Below are positions 1 through 7,140 of a DNA stretch of 28,270 bases, one piece after another. Source of the DNA: a virus. Lineage: Duplodnaviria; Caudoviricetes. A model generated the notes under the pieces. That model ran no database searches and was not told the origin of the DNA. It was given only the letters and a program-made list of their open reading frames with translations. A program made the translations under genes and the position numbers. Numbering within the stretch: the stretch's first letter is position 1; each line of letters opens with the position of its first letter. The stretch covers positions 1-28,270 of the IMG/VR virus record IMGVR_UViG_3300017913_001575. One strand, 5' to 3'.

Positions 1-1
1 A

Positions 2-367
2 GTAGAGATGCTCGGCCGTTGGCAACCTTGGCATGATGGTCATACAGAATTGTTCAAGCGTTGTCATTCAAAGACTGGCCAGGTTGCAATCATGGTTCGT
101 GATGTGCAAGGTGCAAGCGGTGGTGATGGTCAAGACGATAATCCATTTGTATTTGAAGATGTCAAAAAGAATATCATTGAAGGACTTGATGCACATGGTT
201 TTGTAAATGAAAGAGATTATACAATCATGTTGGTTCCTAATATTGTAGATATTAGCTATGGCCGTGGTGTTGGTTATACATTCACTGAACATGACCTTGG
301 TAAGGAAGTACACTCTATCAGTGCAACTAAGATCCGTGCAAAGATGCGTGAGGAAGGCAAACTATGA
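2..367 (+). CDS. Cytidylyltransferase-like (HxGH) nucleotidyltransferase, probably 5'-truncated by the window
   Basis: GRWQPWHDGH (HxGH) near the start and ISATKIR (SxT/SxxR) at the C-terminus. The frame is open upstream of ATG 8 (GTA GAG ATG). Confidence 0.8.
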   Translation, partial: VEMLGRWQPWHDGHTELFKRCHSKTGQVAIMVRDVQGASGGDGQDDNPFVFEDVKKNIIEGLDAHGFVNERDYTIMLVPNIVDISYGRGVGYTFTEHDLGKEVHSISATKIRAKMREEGKL

Positions 368-1092
368 TTAAGTTGTTTATCGGATCATCGTCAAATGGTG
401 AAGATGCTACTATCGAAGCAGCATATCTAAATTCTATCGAGAAGCATGCATCAACTGAAGTTGATCTGACATTCATGAGACAGACTAAGAATCCAGACTC
501 ATTCTGGCATGGATGGGCTTGTGAGACTTGGCCTACACCATTCTCTGGTTATCGTTGGGGTATTGCTGAGTATTGTAACTTTGAAGGTCGAGCCATCTAT
601 ACTGACTGTGACATGATTAACTATCGTGATATGCAGGAGTTGATGGAGATTGATATGGAAGGCAAACCTCTTGCTGCTCGTAAGGGTACAAGGTTTGGTG
701 GTCATGAGTTTTGTGTGACAGTTATTGACTGTGCAGCGTATCAAGAGCATGCCATTCCAGTCAGACGTCTGAAGAATATGTCACAAATGCATCAGAGACA
801 TATTCAGAAGTTTAGTGGTAATGATAATCTGGTGAAGGAATTGGACCCTCGCTGGAATGTATTGGATGGAGAAGATTATGATCTCGGAGAAATCTATCAA
901 TTGCATTTTACGAACATGGCAACTCAACCTTGGACACCAGCCTGGTTCACTGGACATCCCCAACAACACCCAAGAGCAGACGTTGTCGAAGAATACGAAC
1001 GAGCCTTGGAAGAGGCTCGGGGAAACGGATATAATCCAGAAGACTTTGTCCCAGCCACTGAGTTTGGGTCATACGACATCATTGGAAGATAA
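364..1092 (+). CDS. Glycosyltransferase, GT-A fold, GT8-like
   Basis: TPFSGYRW, AIYTDCDM (DxD), LDPRWNVLD, and LHFTNMATQPW (HFT..PW). ATGA overlap with the upstream gene. Confidence 0.8.
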   Translation: MIKLFIGSSSNGEDATIEAAYLNSIEKHASTEVDLTFMRQTKNPDSFWHGWACETWPTPFSGYRWGIAEYCNFEGRAIYTDCDMINYRDMQELMEIDMEGKPLAARKGTRFGGHEFCVTVIDCAAYQEHAIPVRRLKNMSQMHQRHIQKFSGNDNLVKELDPRWNVLDGEDYDLGEIYQLHFTNMATQPWTPAWFTGHPQQHPRADVVEEYERALEEARGNGYNPEDFVPATEFGSYDIIGR

Positions 1093-1094
1093 TT

Positions 1095-1997
1095 ATGAAA
1101 ATTCAGATTACTTATACTGGAATTGATCACCCAAACCACATCAAAGCTCTTGATTCGTTTGCTGAAGGTATCAAGCGTAACGGTGATGAAGTTATCACTA
1201 GTGGTAGTCCTGATGCGTATGTAATCTTTGGATCGTGGAAAGATAGAGACCAACCACATCATAATGCCAAGAGAGCTGTAGTAAACTCCGGTAAGCCATT
1301 TGTTGTGATTGAGACGCCAATATTTGGTCGTAAACCGGTCAAAGAACACATCTCAGACGATTGTTTTAGAGTTGGGGTGGATGGCTTCTTAAACAACCGC
1401 GGACAGTTTGTCCCTAAAGGTTTTGAGTGTAATGGCAATCGTTTGGGCATGATGAGCGAGCGTTTGCGTGTAGAAATTAAACCTATGCGTGTTCGTAATG
1501 CAAACTCTCCTATTGTTCTGGCTCTACAGCTCCCTGGTGATGCATCACTTGAAGGTAGAAATATCAGCGAGTGGTTTAGGGGCTGGGTTGATGCTTTGGA
1601 CATGGTCAGCATTGATAAGGTCTGTAGATTCCCTCAGCTTCCTCGTGAATATGATAGATCTGTATTGGATTATGCATCAGACAAAGGTTGGAGATTTCAA
1701 CAAGGCGACTTCCGTAATCTACAAGAGACATTTGATATTGCTAGGTTTACTATCTCATACAGCTCAGGCTTTGGTACAGACAGTCTGATTGCTGGCTGTC
1801 CAGCTATTGTCGATAGTGATGCATCATTTGCATATGAGCTTGCTGATCATGGTGCTACAAACCTTCACAAAGTATATGCACCGCAAGATATATTGAGAGA
1901 CCAATGGCTGTCTCGTTTGGCATATCACCAATGGTTTATCGACGAGATGGAAGATGGTACATGCTGGAAGCACATTAGGAGCATCCTAGATGAGTAG
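1095..1997 (+). CDS. Capsule polysaccharide synthesis (KpsC/KpsS-like) GT-B fold protein
   Basis: IVLALQLPGDAS...RFP...ISYSSGFGTDSLIAGCPAIV resembles the Q..D / HP / S..G.EA...G.P pattern of this family. Confidence 0.55.
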   Translation: MKIQITYTGIDHPNHIKALDSFAEGIKRNGDEVITSGSPDAYVIFGSWKDRDQPHHNAKRAVVNSGKPFVVIETPIFGRKPVKEHISDDCFRVGVDGFLNNRGQFVPKGFECNGNRLGMMSERLRVEIKPMRVRNANSPIVLALQLPGDASLEGRNISEWFRGWVDALDMVSIDKVCRFPQLPREYDRSVLDYASDKGWRFQQGDFRNLQETFDIARFTISYSSGFGTDSLIAGCPAIVDSDASFAYELADHGATNLHKVYAPQDILRDQWLSRLAYHQWFIDEMEDGTCWKHIRSILDE

Positions 1998-2595
1998 GTA
2001 TCAGTTTGGTCCTGCGTATGCATATAACCTGTCAGGACATCCTTACGTACAATGGCGCCAAGCACTTTCACCACAAGAGTGTCGCCAAGTGATTGAAGCT
2101 GGTGAAGCAAAGCAATTGCAAGATGCCAAGGTCCGGATTAGTGATATGGATGAAGACTATCGTCGCTCTAAAGTATCCTGGTTAACAGAGGAAGATGTTC
2201 CCTGGCTATATGAAAGGTTAGAGTGGATTGTTCAGCAATTGAATGGACAATTCTATCAATATGATTTGTGGGGCTTCGATGAGGATATGCAATACACAGT
2301 ATATGAATCTGAAGATGAAGGATTTTATGATTGGCATGTCGATCACTTCCAATCAATTGAAAATAACATTGATTTGAGGCGTCAACGTAAAATGTCATTG
2401 ACTATTCAATTGAACGATGCTACTCAATATGTAGGCGGTGATATTTTGTTCAACACAGGTCGTGTTGAAAGAGGACCAAAGGGTCTTGGCACAGCTATAA
2501 TGTTTCCTTCACATACCCTACATAAAGTCAATCCAGTAACCGAAGGCATTCGTCGTTCTTTGGTTGTATGGATCTGTGGTCCGCACTTTCGTTAG
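1990..2595 (+). CDS. 2OG-Fe(II) oxygenase (prolyl 4-hydroxylase / PKHD-type)
   Basis: YDWHVD (HxD), RKMSLTIQL, YVGGD, FPSHTLHKVNPVTEGIRRSLVVW. Confidence 0.9.
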   Translation: MSRYQFGPAYAYNLSGHPYVQWRQALSPQECRQVIEAGEAKQLQDAKVRISDMDEDYRRSKVSWLTEEDVPWLYERLEWIVQQLNGQFYQYDLWGFDEDMQYTVYESEDEGFYDWHVDHFQSIENNIDLRRQRKMSLTIQLNDATQYVGGDILFNTGRVERGPKGLGTAIMFPSHTLHKVNPVTEGIRRSLVVWICGPHFR

Positions 2596-2606
2596 GAAAA
2601 TAACCT

Positions 2607-2639
2607 GTTGACTTAATTCCCGACCTATGTGATTATAAT
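2607..2639 (+). promoter_or_regulatory. Early (sigma70-type) promoter
   Basis: TTGACT 2608-2613, 17 bp spacer, TGn + GATTAT 2631-2636 followed by AAT. A-rich upstream. Intergenic before an RBS. Confidence 0.8.
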
Positions 2640-2662
2640 AGGGTAGGAAGAGGAGATCAGGT

Positions 2663-3097
2663 ATGATTACTTTTGGGATTGAGAACTGCAAAATTAACGA
2701 TGTAGATCACTACGTCCAGAATATTATTGAATTCTACGAACTTGATCAGTATGACGCTGACATCGACATTAGCTTCACTAAGAAGTGTGATGGCGATGCT
2801 GGCGGTTACTGCTTTGGTGATGAAGAAGAAGTTGAGATTGAGATTGCTACACACGTTCAAGGTGAGCCTCTTGGTATCAAGACTATTCTGATTAACTTGG
2901 CTCATGAAATGACTCATGCGAAGCAGCTGATTACTGGTCAGCTGAAAGACCATGGCTTACAGATCCACAACGAGTCTCTGGTTAAGGTCTCTGAGTGGGA
3001 AGGTCAAACTATGACCAATGTCGCTTATGATGATCAGCCTTGGGAAGTCGAAGCATATGCTATGGAGCGTGAAGTTTATGACAAGTGCTTCAAATAA
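2663..3097 (+). CDS. Putative zinc metallopeptidase (HExxH)
   Basis: LAHEMTHAKQ and YDDQPWEVEAY (third ligand E). RBS GAGGAG. Confidence 0.7.
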   Translation: MITFGIENCKINDVDHYVQNIIEFYELDQYDADIDISFTKKCDGDAGGYCFGDEEEVEIEIATHVQGEPLGIKTILINLAHEMTHAKQLITGQLKDHGLQIHNESLVKVSEWEGQTMTNVAYDDQPWEVEAYAMEREVYDKCFK

Positions 3098-3100
3098 GTT

Positions 3101-3133
3101 GTTGACATAATAACGATTGTATGTGATTATAAT
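3101..3133 (+). promoter_or_regulatory. Early promoter
   Basis: TTGACA 3102-3107, 17 bp, TGn + GATTAT 3125-3130 followed by AAT. Confidence 0.8.
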
Positions 3134-3157
3134 AGAGTAGAAAGAGAGAGGTTAGTT

Positions 3158-3523
3158 ATGATTTTTACATTTGACGATATCACAGTTTCGGATCTTTACA
3201 AGGATGCATATGGTCACCGTCCGTCTTATGCTTATCTTCTTGATTGGCATTCGCTGAGTGATAAGCAGAAGCAGGACGAATGGGATCTGCTTCTGTCAGC
3301 CTTCGCTGCTCGTGAAGAGCATGAGCAAGCTATTGAGGATGCTAACGTAGAAGCATTCCATGCTCGTATTGAGCAGATGCTTGAGGATGGTGCTGAGGAT
3401 AAGACTCAAGCCATTCGTTGGATCTGTGATGCTGAGGGTATCGACTACAACGATCCGGATGTTGGATACATCTGCTTCCAGCTGGGTCTGCCTTACAGCA
3501 TGGAGAATGATATCCGTGGCTGA
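3158..3523 (+). CDS. Hypothetical acidic early phage protein
   Basis: Has an RBS (GAGAGG) and its own promoter. The SDLYKDAYGHRP motif recalls phage early proteins. Confidence 0.75.
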   Translation: MIFTFDDITVSDLYKDAYGHRPSYAYLLDWHSLSDKQKQDEWDLLLSAFAAREEHEQAIEDANVEAFHARIEQMLEDGAEDKTQAIRWICDAEGIDYNDPDVGYICFQLGLPYSMENDIRG

Positions 3524-4046
3524 TACTTATCGTGAGTATTTGAGAGAGCACCGTAGGCGTCAGAACAAAGGCGCCTACGGGAAAGACTCAGAGATGAGTA
3601 AGGTGTATAAGTCAGAGTGGGCTGTCAAGGGCTTGCATGATGATAAGCTCGAGAGCATTCGAGAAGCTGAGAAATATGTCAATCGGATCTTGAAGTCTAA
3701 GACTTGGTCGAAGGTCTCTAAGCGTAAGCATGTTGCTGTTGTTGAGATGAAAGATGCTCGTGGTGGTATTGCTGCTTGTGCTGAGTATGGTGGCGTAATC
3801 AAGATCAAGAAGAGTCATATGAACAAGTATGTGCTTCTTCATGAGCTTGCTCATCATGCAGGACATATGCATCATGGTCGTTCGTGTCGTCAAGTGTTGT
3901 TAAAGCTGACTAGTCAGTTCTTGGGTCGTGATAAGGCGAACGCATTGAAGGCTGAGTTCAAGAAACGTAAGCTCGCATATGGTGAAGCTCGTAAGCCTCT
4001 GACTGAGGCACAATGGAATCAAAGAAGGAAAAGGTTAGTTGGCTAG
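3516..4046 (+). CDS. HExxH metallohydrolase (TIGR04338/Rv0185-like)
   Basis: KDSEMSKVYKSE near the N-terminus and VLLHELAHH..HHG. A GTG start at 3516 follows GGAG, so the ORF-track start at 3360 is too early. Confidence 0.65.
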   Translation: MADTYREYLREHRRRQNKGAYGKDSEMSKVYKSEWAVKGLHDDKLESIREAEKYVNRILKSKTWSKVSKRKHVAVVEMKDARGGIAACAEYGGVIKIKKSHMNKYVLLHELAHHAGHMHHGRSCRQVLLKLTSQFLGRDKANALKAEFKKRKLAYGEARKPLTEAQWNQRRKRLVG

Positions 4047-4326
4047 ACGTAAATATCCTGAATACAAAAAACAACCATTCGATGAATCGACTTTGATTGA
4101 TACATTCGATTATGGAGACCTAAAAGTAGGGTTGACTAAAAAAGCCATTCGGAGGTATCATATAGCTACTAAAGAATGGACTGTACTATACGATGGCAAA
4201 TACAATGACTTGGAGGCAAGATGGAACTCGCTGCTAGCAATAAACTCGGATACTGGGACATCAAAGACATCAAAGACAAAGCGAAGATCGCCAAGACGAT
4301 CAACTGGTCGAAAGTCAAAGACATGA
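4039..4326 (+). CDS. Hypothetical protein with basic C-terminal tail
   Basis: TTG start overlaps the upstream stop, and the ORF fills the gap to the next gene. Confidence 0.6.
   Translation: MARRKYPEYKKQPFDESTLIDTFDYGDLKVGLTKKAIRRYHIATKEWTVLYDGKYNDLEARWNSLLAINSDTGTSKTSKTKRRSPRRSTGRKSKT
4131..4161 (+). promoter_or_regulatory. Candidate intragenic sigma70 promoter
   Basis: GTTGACT (TTGACT 4132-4137), 18 bp, TATCAT 4156-4161, upstream of ATG 4221. Confidence 0.4.
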
Positions 4327-4565
4327 TGCATAAGTTCGACATGCCGTCACCTATGATGATGGCTGCAATGTGGGACCATGAAGTTGACTTTGGTGTCAAG
4401 AAGAAGCCTTTCCCCTTCCACCGTCACTATCGTATCAATCTTGAGAAGATGTTGTGGACAGGATGTTTCACACCTAAGCAGGCTGAGACGTATATTGCAT
4501 ATGCCAAGTCGTTGAAGCTAGACAAGTCACAGCTTGTTGGTGGTCCTGAGGAGGAAGTAGAATGA
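4221..4565 (+). CDS. Hypothetical protein
   Basis: Strong RBS GGAGG before ATG 4221. Its stop overlaps the next start. Confidence 0.7.
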   Translation: MELAASNKLGYWDIKDIKDKAKIAKTINWSKVKDMMHKFDMPSPMMMAAMWDHEVDFGVKKKPFPFHRHYRINLEKMLWTGCFTPKQAETYIAYAKSLKLDKSQLVGGPEEEVE

Positions 4566-4738
4566 GTGAAATCGAAGTAACAGATATCAAAGAGTTGGAT
4601 GATGGTGGTGCTCAGATTACATTTGAGCTGAGTGAAGAAGTACGTGAAAAGTTGATTCGTTGGGCCATCCATGAGATGATCAAACGTACTGTTGATGATG
4701 TATTGCCTTTGGTGGAAGAAGATGATAAAGATCAGTAA
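4562..4738 (+). CDS. Hypothetical acidic protein (58 aa, MSEIEVTDIKELDDGGAQITFELSEE...)
   Basis: Translated by hand. ATGA coupling, RBS GAGGAGG. Absent from the ORF track. Confidence 0.7.
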   Translation: MSEIEVTDIKELDDGGAQITFELSEEVREKLIRWAIHEMIKRTVDDVLPLVEEDDKDQ

Positions 4739-4886
4739 GAAACAAATTGAATTGATTGCTATTGGTAAGGACTTATATGGTCCTATCACAGATGTTCGTA
4801 TTGCTCGTCATCTTGGTTATATTGAAGTGGAGTTTATGGATGGTGACACAGTCAAACACTCAGAACGAATCGGTGACGATCAATAG
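4722..4886 (+). CDS. Hypothetical protein (54 aa)
   Basis: ATG 4722 overlaps the upstream gene end and is preceded by GGAAG. Confidence 0.55.
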   Translation: MIKISKKQIELIAIGKDLYGPITDVRIARHLGYIEVEFMDGDTVKHSERIGDDQ

Positions 4887-5007
4887 GTATGGTATGCTTG
4901 ATGGTGTCAAGGTATGGGTGATGAAATATTATCCTGAAGCCAAATGCTATTCGTGGCACAATGGATATAACCAATATGGGTTTTGTAGACATGTTGACTT
5001 ATTTTAG
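4873..5007 (+). CDS. Hypothetical protein (44 aa)
   Basis: Fills the gap up to the next promoter. The start (GTG 4873) is uncertain. Confidence 0.4.
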   Translation: MTINRYGMLDGVKVWVMKYYPEAKCYSWHNGYNQYGFCRHVDLF

Positions 5008-5022
5008 CATATTGGGGATATT
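4993..5022 (+). promoter_or_regulatory. Early promoter
   Basis: TTGACT 4994-4999, 17 bp, GATATT 5017-5022, then a leader with RBS GAGGAG. Confidence 0.7.
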
Positions 5023-5063
5023 AGTTATATTGATATTGTTAGGTGATGTAGAGGAGAGATGAT

Positions 5064-5309
5064 ATGGCCTTTCAACGTGCAGGTAAGTCTCATATGGCTT
5101 CAGCAGCTGGTTTGGATCGTAGGGACCAAGCAGCTTATAGTATTGACCCGAAGAAGTTTCAGACGTTCTTGGGTTCTTGTGTAGAGCAGCTCGAGCTTGC
5201 TGGTTGTGATGATGCAGCGTTCTACTTCGAGCAGCTGCAAACGTATCTGGCTGACGACTGGAAGCCTGGTAAGTCTTTTGATGAAGCACATCGTGTGTTG
5301 GGATTGTAA
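5064..5309 (+). CDS. Hypothetical early protein
   Basis: Strong RBS and its own promoter. Confidence 0.75.
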   Translation: MAFQRAGKSHMASAAGLDRRDQAAYSIDPKKFQTFLGSCVEQLELAGCDDAAFYFEQLQTYLADDWKPGKSFDEAHRVLGL

Positions 5310-5398
5310 TGTTTAAGTTTTTATATTGGGTGGTCTACAACAATGACCGTAGTCCCCACCGTCAGTATACTTGTTTGTATGAGGACCTCTGTCAATGA
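5309..5398 (+). CDS. Hypothetical micro-protein (29 aa, MFKFLYWVVYNNDRSPHRQYTCLYEDLCQ)
   Basis: TAATG overlap upstream and ATGA overlap downstream, so it exactly fills the gap. Confidence 0.5.
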   Translation: MFKFLYWVVYNNDRSPHRQYTCLYEDLCQ

Positions 5399-5673
5399 AG
5401 TTTGAATTGTTCCGTCATGAAGTAAAGATTACACCTAAGCATACCCCTGACTGGTATATCAAATGGTGTGCTGTTGCTTTTGCTGTGGTAGCTGTCCTGT
5501 GTCGGACAACACCTGAGATTCCAGTTATCTATGATATGTCATTCAGTATTGTAGCAACGACAGGTTGGTTTCTTGTTGGATGGGCATGGCATGATAGATC
5601 ACTGATGGTACTAAATTCCATCTTGACTTTTGTTCTTGCCTCAGGTATTATGAGATTTGTATTCGGAGGTTAA
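5395..5673 (+). CDS. Small integral membrane protein (DUF6552-like)
   Basis: About three hydrophobic helices with WYIKW and WHDRSLMVLN motifs. Confidence 0.65.
   Translation: MKFELFRHEVKITPKHTPDWYIKWCAVAFAVVAVLCRTTPEIPVIYDMSFSIVATTGWFLVGWAWHDRSLMVLNSILTFVLASGIMRFVFGG
5623..5651 (+). promoter_or_regulatory. Candidate intragenic sigma70 promoter upstream of the basic protein and tRNA cluster
   Basis: TTGACT 5623-5628, 17 bp, TATTAT 5646-5651. Confidence 0.5.
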
Positions 5674-5674
5674 T

Positions 5675-5884
5675 ATGGGTTGGTTCACACGTTCAAACAA
5701 ATCAAACGGTGGTGCTGGCAAGTCACGTACAACACGTACACGTTCAGGTACGAAGACAACAACATCTCGTTCACATAAGACAGGTGGTACGCGTACGACC
5801 ATGACAACAGAAGGCACTAAGCGCTATCGTACCACAACACGCAAAGTAGGTAATCGTACCTATCGTTCAAGGAAGAAATTTTAA
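5675..5884 (+). CDS. Highly basic Thr/Arg/Lys-rich small protein (69 aa)
   Basis: RBS GGAGG before ATG 5675. Stop/start overlap with the next gene. Confidence 0.7.
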   Translation: MGWFTRSNKSNGGAGKSRTTRTRSGTKTTTSRSHKTGGTRTTMTTEGTKRYRTTTRKVGNRTYRSRKKF

Positions 5885-6126
5885 TGGGTTATACAACATC
5901 ACGTGGCACTTACCAAGAGCGTAAAGATCTGATTGATAGTAATTATGATGAGCGTTTGACTAATGGTGATGTGACATTGACTGTAAAGTATGAACCATTG
6001 GAACAGACCGTCCAAGTAGAACAAAACTTTAACAACAACTATACCACTATGGTGATGACACAGACACAGTGGGAAGAGTTTCGTATCCGAGCATTGAGCA
6101 ATGGATACTATGTTGTTGAAGAGTAA
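5884..6126 (+). CDS. Hypothetical protein
   Basis: TAATG coupling. Ends 1 nt before tRNA-Arg. Confidence 0.7.
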   Translation: MGYTTSRGTYQERKDLIDSNYDERLTNGDVTLTVKYEPLEQTVQVEQNFNNNYTTMVMTQTQWEEFRIRALSNGYYVVEE

Positions 6127-6127
6127 T

Positions 6128-6204
6128 GGACCCGTAGCTCAGCTGGATAGAGCAACAGACTTCTAATCTGTAGGTCGTACGTTCGAATCGTACCGGGTTC
6201 GCCA
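6128..6204 (+). tRNA. trnR: tRNA-Arg(UCU)
   Basis: Acceptor GGACCCG/CGGGTTC, anticodon arm ACAGA-CTTCTAA-TCTGT, TTCGAAT T-loop, encoded CCA. Confidence 0.97.
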
Positions 6205-6246
6205 ATTCAGGTAGAGACCACACCTGGATAAATTTGATAAGTGGTC
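6205..6246 (+). ncRNA. Predicted H-type RNA pseudoknot between tRNA-Arg and the RBS of ORF 6265
   Basis: Stem 1 is ATTCAGGT (6205-6212) / ACCTGGAT (6222-6229). Loop bases GACCAC (6216-6221) pair with GTGGTC (6241-6246). Confidence 0.55.
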
Positions 6247-6264
6247 ATATACAAGGAGGCAATC

Positions 6265-6600
6265 ATGCCTAATACATGTAAAAAAGTGGCTTTAATCAGA
6301 ACAGTGAAAAGTCCATATAAGTTTGAAGTTATTACATCGGAACACTATGATGTTGCAGATAGTAAACGTCGCAAGATTGACGGCCGTCCCGCCAAAGTTA
6401 TTGCATCTGCATACCATTACACTCCAAATGTAGTCTACAAGGCTTATGCAAAGATTCGTGATCGTTATGGTAAAGTGACTAGTAATTATAAGTCAGGTCA
6501 AGAAATGTTTGCAGCAGTCACACATTGTAGTAAAGTTTGGAAAGACTATCGTGAACAACAGGTTGAAGATCGAGAATCATTCTTTGAATCTTTAGCCTAA
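6265..6600 (+). CDS. Hypothetical basic protein inside the tRNA cluster (possibly a degenerate GIY-YIG/T5orf172-like fold)
   Basis: RBS AAGGAGG before ATG 6265. SGQEMF resembles the G.xE(W/F)F motif, but the fold call is weak. Confidence 0.7.
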   Translation: MPNTCKKVALIRTVKSPYKFEVITSEHYDVADSKRRKIDGRPAKVIASAYHYTPNVVYKAYAKIRDRYGKVTSNYKSGQEMFAAVTHCSKVWKDYREQQVEDRESFFESLA

Positions 6601-6606
6601 GATGAT

Positions 6607-6682
<76 letters not shown>

Positions 6683-6685
6683 TTT

Positions 6686-6761
6686 TCCTCCTTAGCTCAG
6701 TTGGTAGAGCGGATGACTGTTAATCATTAGGTCGCTGGTTCGAGCCCAGCAGGAGGAGCCA
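6686..6761 (+). tRNA. trnN: tRNA-Asn(GUU)
   Basis: Acceptor TCCTCCT/AGGAGGA, anticodon loop CTGTTAA, encoded CCA. Confidence 0.97.
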
Positions 6762-6766
6762 TTTTT

Positions 6767-6841
6767 AGGGGAATAGTGTTAACGGTAGCACGACAGGCTC
6801 CAAACCTGTTAGTCTGGGTTCAAATCCTAGTTCCTCTGCCA
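6767..6841 (+). tRNA. trnW: tRNA-Trp(CCA)
   Basis: Acceptor AGGGGAA/TTCCTCT, arm ACAGG-CTCCAAA-CCTGT, encoded CCA. Confidence 0.95.
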
Positions 6842-6855
6842 ACAAAGGAAACAGT

Positions 6856-7140
6856 ATGTCAGAAGTTAAACTACTCAAATTTACAACTGGTGAAGAAGTT
6901 GTAGCTACAATCGTCAAAGAGACTCAAGACCAAATGATTCTCAAGAATGGTATGACGATGGTATTCAATGGTCAAGCTATGCAAGCGATTCCATTCTCAA
7001 TGAACATTGACGATGGTACTGAGATTAGTATCAATAAAGCTCAGCTTCAGTTTGTTACAACACCTCGTGAAGATTTGTTGACACAATACCAAGCACAATA
7101 TAGCTCTATCATTACACCTCCTAAAACTCTGATCACATGA
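6856..7140 (+). CDS. Conserved T4-like small protein (Sm/SH3-like beta barrel predicted)
   Basis: N-terminal VKLLKFTTGEEVVA and C-terminal SSIITPP are typical of this myovirus family. RBS AAGGA. Confidence 0.7.
   Translation: MSEVKLLKFTTGEEVVATIVKETQDQMILKNGMTMVFNGQAMQAIPFSMNIDDGTEISINKAQLQFVTTPREDLLTQYQAQYSSIITPPKTLIT

Noticed and set aside
5325-5365. Possible hairpin (GGTGG...CCACC) between early genes
   Set aside because: The pairing is imperfect, there is no U-tract, and a coupled 29-aa ORF explains the region.
6767-6841. tRNA-Trp as a sign of stop-codon recoding
   Set aside because: The anticodon is the standard CCA. TAA, TGA and TAG all end genes cleanly under code 11.
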